Below, in pieces: positions 26,490 through 35,751 of a DNA stretch of 45,079 nt (its first letter is position 1; the number at the start of each line of letters is the position of its first letter). Under the pieces are notes generated by a model. That model was given only the letters and a program-made list of their open reading frames with translations. It ran no database searches and was not told the DNA's origin. This DNA is from Amoebophrya sp. A120 (Eukaryota; Protista; Dinoflagellata), in assembly GCA_905178155.1 (NCBI GenBank), contig CAJINV010000003.1:191575-236653 (forward strand), written 5' to 3'. The translations under genes were made by a program, and so were the position numbers.

Positions 26490-27956
26490 ATGCCCCCAAA
26501 TAAATCGAAAGGAGCGCCCGCGTGGAGCGTGCAGGGTCAGAAAATCGGGCTTCTGTTCTTGTCCTCGGTTCCTCTCGCCGTTCTGTGGTTACTGTTTTTC
26601 TTTCCCGGCAGCACGCGGTCGTCTGCGCAAGACGAAGAGAACAACATCAGCAAACCGCAGACAGGCCAGCAGCATTCGTTCGCGGCGTCGCCCGTTGTAC
26701 CATTCACCGCCGAAAGCAATGACACGATGGTCGCGGACCTGGCGCTCTGGCTCCAGGACCACTGCAACGCGACCAGCGGGAAGTACGGCCTGGACAATTT
26801 GTTCCTGTCCGACTTCGTCCGGCCGCAAGCGCAGGCGGGTCAGGCGATCCGTGGGTTGGGCACGTTGCACGAAGTGAAGAAGAACGAAGACTTGCTCTGC
26901 GTGGCGCCGCAGTGCATGTTCAACGAGCACGTGTGGCCGCCCCACGTCAAGGCGCTGGCGAAGTTAAACACGCAGAAACGGCACTGCATCGGGGTGCACC
27001 TCTCCGCCATTTACTTGGCCGAGGAGATGGAAAAAGCCCCCGGGGAATCCTTCTGGTGGCCGTGGATCCAGAGTCTCCCCTCGCACGAAACCTACATCAA
27101 CACCCACCCCGCGTGGGTCCATTCCGTGCGGGACCGGATTTCTTCCGAAGCGGGACGAGAGGACCACGACTGGAGCCCCATGAACGGCCTAATGGTGGCC
27201 TACAACATGGGGAACATCAAAAAGTGCTACGACTCCTACCGTCTTCTGCGAAACCAACTCCCGGTGAAACTGCGACCGAAAAAGCTCGTCGATTACCAAA
27301 CCTACAAATACGCATACGTGGTGGTGTCTTCCCGCCGGTTCGACGCGTTGAGCATCGCGGATGACGCAAATGTACCTCTCATGGACCTCATCAACGCGGA
27401 CGTGCCGAAGCGGGTAAACACCAAGTACTCAGAGCGGGTATTGGAACAACAACAGGTACTATCTGGTGGTGCTGGTGCGCAAGAGGAGAAAGTAGAGGTT
27501 GGTGCTCCTGTCGCGGAGAAGACCACGACCGACGCCAAAAGCAAGAAGAAAAAGAAGAAGAAAAGCAAAAAACTGTTTTGCCTGACGGCGACGAAAGACA
27601 TACCGGCGCAGAGCGAGATCATTGGCGATTACGCGCCGAATAAGTTCTGGGCAATGACGTTCTTTTCCATTCACGGCTTCGCGTTCGACCCTCTCGAGCA
27701 TTTGGACCCTTACGAGAAGGAAACGCCGGACCCACTGAAAACAAACTGCACCGGCATACCTCGGTGGCGCGGCGAAGACTTGGCGAACTATGGCAGCGCA
27801 ATGGAGCGAGTATACGCTCGTTTCGGACGTGCCTACTGCCCCGGCGGAAAGAAGTGGCTAGGGCAAGATGCAAAGGAGAAGAAACGCGGGAAGAGTAGAA
27901 AAAAGCACGATAAAAAAGTAAACAAGGAGCGAGCAATAGGCTACGACGAATTGTAG
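26490..27956 (+). CDS. SET-domain (Rubisco-LSMT/SETD3-like) protein with an N-terminal TM/signal segment and a C-terminal YDEL
   Basis: Single ORF. Motifs RGL, SFWWPWIQSLP, YAYVVVSSRRF, PLMDLINAD and ATKDIPAQSEIIGDY. Hydrophobic segment IGLLFLSSVPLAVLWLLFFF near the N-terminus. Confidence 0.82.
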   Translation: MPPNKSKGAPAWSVQGQKIGLLFLSSVPLAVLWLLFFFPGSTRSSAQDEENNISKPQTGQQHSFAASPVVPFTAESNDTMVADLALWLQDHCNATSGKYGLDNLFLSDFVRPQAQAGQAIRGLGTLHEVKKNEDLLCVAPQCMFNEHVWPPHVKALAKLNTQKRHCIGVHLSAIYLAEEMEKAPGESFWWPWIQSLPSHETYINTHPAWVHSVRDRISSEAGREDHDWSPMNGLMVAYNMGNIKKCYDSYRLLRNQLPVKLRPKKLVDYQTYKYAYVVVSSRRFDALSIADDANVPLMDLINADVPKRVNTKYSERVLEQQQVLSGGAGAQEEKVEVGAPVAEKTTTDAKSKKKKKKKSKKLFCLTATKDIPAQSEIIGDYAPNKFWAMTFFSIHGFAFDPLEHLDPYEKETPDPLKTNCTGIPRWRGEDLANYGSAMERVYARFGRAYCPGGKKWLGQDAKEKKRGKSRKKHDKKVNKERAIGYDEL

Positions 27957-28841
27957 AGATCAGGGACTTCGTTGAGAAATGCGAGCTGGCCGTACTGGGC
28001 GTTTCAATAGTGACCACAGGACAGCCAGACCACTAATCGACAAGATCTGTTGCCCAGAATCATTCGTGCGGAACGGTAACAGAATTCATTGCGTTTTTGT
28101 TATTTTGACGTCTCTTTGGACGGGCTTCGGCTTCGCAGCATTCGTTTTGCCAGATCGTCACGTTGACTGTTGAAAGAACCTGACTGAAACTGATACAATA
28201 CTTCTTGATGCTGGTGCCCTTATTTTCTCACCCGACCGCTCGTGGATTTCCTAGGTTACATCTCGATGAAACGCGAAATTGATTCTGGAGATTTCCCGTC
28301 GCACGGCCGTGTTTCTGTTCTCATAAGTACGTTAACGCTATGCCCTCGTGTTGCCCCTGTCGTGAACGTGATCGCATCGTGTACAATCTTTTGCTGTGAC
28401 GACGTCCTATTTTTCGCGCATCGTCCAAAAGAAGATCTTCGTTCTCGTAGACATTCACATGCAAACTTTCCGTTTTCGTCCTGTTTTTTTTTGGGTCGTC
28501 TGACATCTCTCGTGCAACGGGTGCCCACCTCTTTTTTTAGCCCGCATTTTCACGATCTCCAACACTTTTTTCGCACCAGGTAATATCACCACATCCAGAC
28601 TCCTTTTCTCGCATCCCACTTCGGGAAGTCGTGACACAAACAATCCTTGTTGACACCAGCACTCAGGCTCTAGTAGAGCGGTTTTCTTTTTTTGGTATCA
28701 ACAACTGGCGCAGAAGCAGATCAACATCGTCGAAATAGGCTCCTTTCTTGACGAAAGCGAGACCGTCTTATCTTCATCGGATCACTACTTCTTTTTGTTT
28801 GAAGTCACACCTCCTCTGTAGTAAGTTCTTCAGCAACAAAA

Positions 28842-31267
28842 ATGGCGCTCCAGCAGTCGCAGATGAGCATGGGCAGCACGCGGCGGCCGCACCGGTCGAT
28901 GTACGTGAGTAAGTCGGACAATCTGCATATCAACTGTAAAAATGTCTGGGTCTGGAAGATTCTGACACTTGTCATGCACGTTTTGCATGAGCCATGATGT
29001 CTGTGAAGATGCATACCCTAGCAATACAGATTTTTTGAGGGCGTCTTGATGCGTATTCCGCATGACAAATGCCTTCTCAGCGTAGCAAAAATTGCATTTC
29101 CTTTGGTACTCATGCAATACAGATTTTTTTGGAATCCAAATGCAGCATCACAAGTTGCATTCTTCCAGACCCAGACACTTTTACATTTGATACTGCACCA
29201 GGTCGTCTCCCGGAACAGCGGTATGCGCGCGGACTCGGGCACTTTCGGGAAGAATCCGCGGTTTGCGGCGAAGCGACTAATGTCCCCCACCGGCGCGGAC
29301 TCACCCTGGGGAAAGGCTTTCCTCGAGCACAACCGCTTCTTCAAGGATCCGCTGGAATCACAGATTGGGTCCTGCAGTGGCAAGAAGGCCGGCTTCGGCT
29401 ACGGCAGCCGACCCACGTACGTCCGCGGCACGCCAAACCTGGGACCAGGCACCTACACACCCATCACCTCAGTCGCGAAGACCGCATCCAGTTTGGACGG
29501 AAAAAAGTAATGAAATTGTGCTTGATGGTGGTCGGTCTCGGTTTTCCTATATGAGATCTTGGTCCTCGTCGTGTGCAGTAAGCTGCAAAAATGTTGGGAC
29601 GTGCTCTTCAGTGCTGTATCTCTTATTTCTCTATACTGTGTTGATATGCTGCTGTATGCATATCGTACTGAACGACAATGCAAAAACAAAATTAATGTAT
29701 AAATTCAGGTACTGCAATGTAACTCTGAAGCAGCGAACGAAGGTGGTAGTTGGAGCGGTAAGTCCACACGAGGAGGCACGGAAGCCCGGTCCGGGCACGT
29801 ACACACTACACTCCGACATCAATGGTTTGTACGTGACACGCGGCGACAAGAAGAACTGGGTCGGACCACCAGCGTATAATTGCATCTAATTTGATGATAT
29901 CATGCGTGCCCGTGCTAAAATTCTTCATGAGCGTAGTCCCTCGTTTAAAAAAATACTTCGATTTCATTTTCGAGCTACCACGAATGTAGTCCTGTTTCAT
30001 CTCCGACTTTTTTCGTGCTTTTCAATCCAATGTGAAATCCTACAGGCCAAAAATGGGCATGGCTTTGAAGGAAGTAATCGACCTTGCTGGAGATGCTTTG
30101 TACAATGTAGCAGAAGACATGGGCACCAAGAACGTCAACAATTGGGCGGGAAAGTCTACTTTCGGCTTCGCAAAACTCGGAAGTATCTGTTTTTTTGTTT
30201 GTTGTAGTGCATCATGTTGCAATTGTTTCTGTTTTTGTTTTGTGGCGTCTGATGAAAAATCAAAGCGCGCCCCTCTTTTTTCTAGCGTTCGCTCGCGACA
30301 CGAGTATTGTCTGCATGATGATGAACGGAGCTCGTGCAGTTGAAAACGAAAAGCGATATATAAATTTTATCCTCCGCTGCATGTATGATAATGATCCCCT
30401 ATCAATTACAGACCCACACTCTTCCCAATCTCCCGACGGCGAACTTTACTACTCGCACGTAAAGTTGACGGAGGACTACACGAAAGTTGCGCGCGCCAGT
30501 GGACTCGGAAAGGGCGAGCGACCCGTCCTGAACCCCGAGCAAACCACCGCGGGCCCGGCCAGCTACTTCCCCGTGGCTTCGTGCGCAAAGACCACCAGCC
30601 CGCTGGACGGGTTCACGGTCCGCAACCTCTTATCAACTGCAAAAATGTCTGGGTCTGGAAGATTTCATGTTTGTCATGCTTGTCTGGCATGACTCTTAAA
30701 TCTGTCATGCAAGTTACCCGCCAAGAGCTTCGTTTTTCTGTGATGCACAACCGCAGTTTGTGTTTGTCATGCAGAATAGGCAACACCTAGGGCTAGGAGC
30801 TCAGAAACTTGTCATGCTGCGCCAGCATTTGTAGCCTCATCATGAGACGCCACCCAGCGTCACAAGTTTCCAGACCCAGACATTTTTACTTTTGATACCT
30901 CTCCCCGGTCACCCAGTTCGGGAAAATCAGCTCGCTGAAAATGATACCAAATGTAAAAATGTCTGGGTCTGGAAGATTCTGAGATTTGTCATGCATGTTT
31001 TGCATGACCCAGGATGTCTGTAATGCACGACCGCGCATCACAGATTTTGAGCGGGCTTCCTGATGCCTACTCCGCATGACAAACGCCCTCCCCGCGTAGC
31101 ACAAACTAGACTCCTCTTGCTGGTCATGCAATACAGATTTTCCTAGAGTCCAAAGTTAGCATCACAAGTTCCAATCTTCCAGACCCAGACATTTTTACAT
31201 TTGATAAATGAAGTCCATGACCAGCATCGCACCCTCGATGAACCGCACCATCACTCCCGGCGAGTGA
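28842..31267 (+). CDS. ODF3/SHIPPO-like PG-rich-repeat axonemal protein
   Basis: Exons 28842-28927, 29198-29506, 29709-29873, 30046-30182, 30412-30630, 30903-30944 and 31212-31267 (three GT-AG introns, three introners) give a continuous frame to TGA at 31265. Repeats LGPGTY, PGPGTY and AGPASY. Confidence 0.78.
28928..29192. mobile_element. TIR introner, family A copy 1
   Basis: ~32-bp TIR TATCAACTGTAAAAATGTCTGGGTCTGGAAGA...TCTTCCAGACCCAGACACTTTTACATTTGATA. TSD CTGCA at 28923-28927 and 29193-29197. Contains an in-frame stop. Confidence 0.92.
30631..30897. mobile_element. TIR introner, family A copy 2
   Basis: Same TIR as copy 1. TSD CCTCT at 30626-30630 and 30898-30902. Removing 272 nt gives RNLSPVTQ. 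Confidence 0.92.
30945..31206. mobile_element. TIR introner, family A copy 3
   Basis: Ends TACCAAATGTAAAAATGTCTGGGTCTGGAAG...CATTTGATA. TSD AATGA at 30940-30944 and 31207-31211. Interior is collinear with copy 1. Confidence 0.92.
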
Positions 31268-32570
31268 AGAAGATCAAGCTGCTCCGGACGTTTGGTAAAC
31301 GTGGCACATAGCCGCGCAAACGACGGAGAAGAACGCGGAAACAAAAAGACAGTTGATTTATTCTTGGCCTCAGAATTTATTGTGTTGTTGATGGATGAAG
31401 GCACGAAAGCGGTGACTACAAATTTCATCTGATATTATGCTAATTCGGAAATTATTACAATCGGACCATATACTTCTAAGCAGGTAACTAACAAATCTCA
31501 ACATTATCGAAAGAAAAGAACCCTCAGTATCGTCTTGATGTAGCTTTTCTTTGTTCGAATTCAATTTGACCATGTACATAGTTTTCTTGTTTCGTGACAA
31601 CTTTCACATGTAAATTATTTTGCGCGCCCGATGGTGGCTGTACAATAAATAAGGTAAACTCAACATTTTCAGTTCTTGTAGATCATTTGGACTTGTTAAC
31701 TTGTTTTGCCCTGTTAATAAATATTTCTGTATTTCTTCATGTACACAAACAAAAAACCGATAAGAATACGCCACTAGGATGCATCGGACTATTCTTCAAA
31801 TGCTGCGTTGATGTTGTGTTGAGTTAAGCTGTATGCACTTACCTAACGTGCAAAGCAAAGGAAGCCGCTGCAACTTGTTGTGTGTTTTGGTACTGAGCAG
31901 GGGCGGTGTGGCTGATGTCGCTTTTCATTGTCCGACGTCGAGACCTTGACCTGAGCGCAGCGTAAGGCATTTGAATTCAACATGAACACGAGCATCAGAT
32001 CACGAGCGAAGGCATACAACAGGACTAGATCTTCATGCACGCGGGAGAAATCTTAATCTCAATCTTTGACGAGAGCTGTCGCCGTGACACGCGAGAATGC
32101 AACCACCTAACATGCTGCACAGTAGAGCCTTGCAGTAGCTTCCAAGGCGCCGCGGCAGCGGCACGACGAACAAGAGCGCAGTGAGTCTGTGGAGCTCCTT
32201 TTCCGAGCAATCGAAGCGACGCTTGTTGAATACGTAGGAACAAGCTTGCGTTGGTGAGCAGCATTTCCGAAGAAACACTACAACAGGATAATTCCAACAA
32301 GTTGGTTGTAGAGCATACGCTCATCGTTACTCTTATTCGAAGACGTGAAGATTGCGACGCAGATATAGGTGGAAAGGTAAAAGCGATATATTACTACAGC
32401 CGAGCTCTCAGGCAGTTTCTCGTGTCAGCCACAACAAGATGAAGATGGCAAGAGGAGTGTGATGAAGAACTTTCTGTTGAGAGGACCACGACGGGCGACG
32501 GTGCAGCAGCGTTTACTTCTGCCATGAGTTGTAGCGAGCACGGGCGAGCACGAACAGGATTAACACTCGC

Positions 32571-35078
32571 ATGTTATGGGGGAGCAGACGTCCACTTCCA
32601 ATCGTGCGTTGCGATGGTGGCGACGGCGAGCAAGACCATCAGGCGACCCGGAGCATTAGCAAGGCGTCTGCCGTCTCGGATTTGGAACCCGAGGGTTCTC
32701 CGAGTACCGCACGAAGCACAGGGACGAGCGCGGCGTTCCGTTCGCTTCCCAACACTCCCACAGTTGGGGAAGAGCGCCCCGAGTTCCGTTCTTTTCGCAG
32801 CCAGCGAGATGAAATACACGAATATGGTGCCACGACTCCATTTTCCACTCGCGACGCCAACAATTTTTATCACCGCGAGCCGGCCGGCCAGCGTCTTGTC
32901 CCGAGTTGGGTCGAGTCGCGGAAAACTGGGGAACACCAGGCGAAGTCTTTTCTGCACAGCGAGTTTGTACGGAAGCGCTCCCTGGCGCGCTTCGCGTCCG
33001 CGAGTGAGGAAGCGGAGGTCGAGACACAAACTCTGACGGAGGCCCTGTCACGAGCGCCCAGCTTGGTAATGTTTGAATCTTCAAGTAGATGGACAAGTAC
33101 TTACTATAATGTGCCAGGCTTCGTTGTCACAGGACCGGCGCTTATACAAATAGGAAGAATCTTTCATCACTCATCTTCGAATTACAGGTTCTGGAGCCCA
33201 GTTTCGAGAGCAGTTGGCGCACCGAAGTGATGGCCGGAATCTGCTCTGGCGTGGTGCAAGTGGTGCTTTTCAACCCCTATGACCGTGTATCAAATGCAAA
33301 AGTGTCTGGGCCTGGAAGGATGCGAACTTGTGATGCGTGTTGCGGATCATACAAAAATCTGTGTTGCATGACTTGCAAAAGGTCCCCATTTCTAGCCACG
33401 CCGAGGGGGCATTTCTCATGCAGAATAGGCATCACCAAGTCCAAGACCAAGGGGCTGCCGCTGCAGAACCTGTGATGCTAGGCCCTGCATTCGAGACTCG
33501 GCGGAGCTTGAAAAACTGCATGACAAATCTCAGAATCTTCCAGACCCAGACATTTTTGCATTTGATACCGTGCCCTGTATTTGAGTGTGATTCACCAGAG
33601 AAAGTTTCTGCACCGCGAGAACTGGGGCCGCAGCTTCTCGGATTTGAACAAGGGTCTGCTGCCGAACTTGCTGCAGCGCGTCATCAGCTACGGCATGTAT
33701 TTTCCGCTCGAACAAATGTGGACCCGGGTACTGCTGAACTGCTTTCGCAGCAGGACAACTACTGGCGGCGCTTTTGTTAATGTCGGTGAAGATCCGGCTG
33801 CCAGTTCTTCCTCCTCGTCCGCTGGAAGTAGCCGTATGAGTACTGATGGCGGTGCATCTACTTGTTCTACTGCAGATAATCGTGATGTGGGTAGTTTTTT
33901 CCCGGGTAAGCAGGAGATCCTGTACGTGGCTCCGCTCGCGGGGCAGCTCACTGGCGCCAGTAGCGGGCTGGCGACAAACTACCTGAGCTTGGTGAAATAC
34001 CGCCAGTACCAGCGGGACACACACAAGCCGCTCATCCACGATGTGCGCAAAATCTTCCACAAAGAAGGCCGCCGTAAGCAAAATGTTATTTGTTCACGAC
34101 TATGCTTTTGTCGTGAATGATGTTCTCGTGAAAGTGTAACTAGTGAATTTTGGTTTTGTTGCTATCAAACATAGAAAAAATCGAAATGCGAGAAGATCAT
34201 TAGAGGTACGTGCATGCAAAAGAAAGAAAAATTAAACAATAAAAACCGAAACAGTAACGCGCGGTCTGGGAGCTACGATCTGCCGGGATTCCGTGTTTGG
34301 GAGTGTTTTCACCTCCCTGCGAGTGTTGCTCCAGGACGAGGAACGTCAGTACCTTGTGAACTTTTTCGCCGCGTCTCTGGCAACGGTGCTGTCCGGTCCC
34401 CTGAACTACGCCCGCAACCTGCAGTACGCCTATCGTAGCGGGTGGAGTAGCTCGGAGACGGAACGGCCGATGCGATCCGAATCATCCACTAGTAGTCAAA
34501 GCAGGCCCGCCTCCGCGACGAACGAAAACAGCACGAAATTTCAGCGCGGACGGGTGCTGGAGGACTATCCGACGGTGCGGCGCGTCTTGCGAGAGCTCCA
34601 CCGCGATCTGGTGTACGGGGGTCTGGCCGGGTATGGGAGTGTCAGGATTGAAAACGACAATGTTGAAATAACTTGTAATGCATAAAATCGATACCAGTTG
34701 TGTTGGAAGCCCAATTGCCGAGCGGCGCATATCAAATTTCGGCACCGTCTAAATCCTGTTTGTCATGCTGCTTAGGGACAGAAGGCGTCCTTTGTCATGC
34801 TACTTTAGTAGCTGCATTGCAGACCCCAAACAGGCTGACAGTCGGCGCCATTTGCCATCCCTGCAAGAGAGGCATTTCATGCCTTGCAATCTATGCATGA
34901 GAAATTATTTCAACTCTGACGATTTCAATCCTGACGCTTCCATACCGGGTGGCGAAACGTGGGAATGAAGTTGCGAATCGGATGGGGCACCCTGCGCGTC
35001 GGAGTTGGCATGGCCACCGGGAATTTCTTTTACCGCTACTTCGAAAACCTCCTGAACACCACCACGCTGTCCTTTTGA
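32571..35078 (+). CDS. Mitochondrial carrier family (SLC25-like) protein with an N-terminal extension
   Basis: Exons 32571-33065 (start uncertain), 33188-33287, 33573-34073, 34255-34631 and 34950-35078. Spliced motifs FNPYDRALYLS, LTRGLGATICRD, SGPLNYARN and LRIGWGTLRVGVGMA. Confidence 0.82.
33288..33567. mobile_element. TIR introner, family A copy 4 (inverted relative to copies 1 and 3)
   Basis: Same TIR. TSD CCGTG at 33283-33287 and 33568-33572. Its 3' subterminal CATGACAAATCTCAGAATC is the reverse complement of the 5' subterminus of copy 3. It splits NPYDR|ALY. Confidence 0.92.
34632..34944. mobile_element. TIR introner, distinct family
   Basis: TIR TATGGGAGTGTCAGGATTGAAA / TTTCAATCCTGACGCTTCCATA. 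TSD CCGGG at 34627-34631 and 34945-34949. Removal restores GLAG|WRNVGMKLRIGWG. Confidence 0.9.
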
Positions 35079-35751
35079 AATTTTTGATATGATTTTTTAC
35101 TAGCATAAATATGTAGATCATGAATCTGTAGTAATATCCTTTGCGCAGGAGTTACGAGCAGTCGTGCTGCAAGATAAACGCGTTCAGTTGTGTGAAGAAA
35201 TTCATCTGCAAAAATTCTGACTCGATGCACGAGCTCAGGCTCTTGCATCTGCAACGAACTGCCACGAGTAGCTGGAAAACAACATCAACAGGATCGCTTA
35301 CACGACCCATGATCGACAGGGGGCGCGGGCGCCCAGCAATCGATTCGTGCTGAACACTGTCACTGCCTCAAGGTCCGATCAAACTACAAGGCAACCGTGA
35401 ACCAAAATTGTACGTTTTCACTCCAGATGAGTCATTTTTTTCCTGATCAAAGCAATCCGATGGATTGCAAACCTCCCTAGGAACTTTTGCCGACACCCCG
35501 ATCTCTGACTGAGCCTAGCATAGTGTAACTTTTATGATTTTTGTTTATGTTTTCCAACACATGATCGGCTTTCCTTTTCGAAACAGTCTACCGAGAGAAG
35601 ACATCGTACTAAAAATTTGAGTGGACTATTGAATGCGCACAACCATGTACAAGTACAACTCTGAGTGTCGAAAGTTCTGTTCACGACCTTATGAATGAGA
35701 TAACCTCTCGCCTGCTCCCAACTTTGTTCACTGTTGGACCACCTCCCCTAG

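Noticed and set aside
28905-29201. Canonical GTGAGT...CAG intron that would also remove introner copy 1 in frame
   Set aside because: Possible and not excluded, but all 21 other donors are GTA, and sister copies are explained by the TSD rule without such sites. Needs cDNA.
28928-34944. Assigning the introners to a named transposon superfamily
   Set aside because: TAY..RTA ends recall IS3EU and the 5-bp TSD recalls Transib (both from memory), but neither matches both features and no transposase is in the window.
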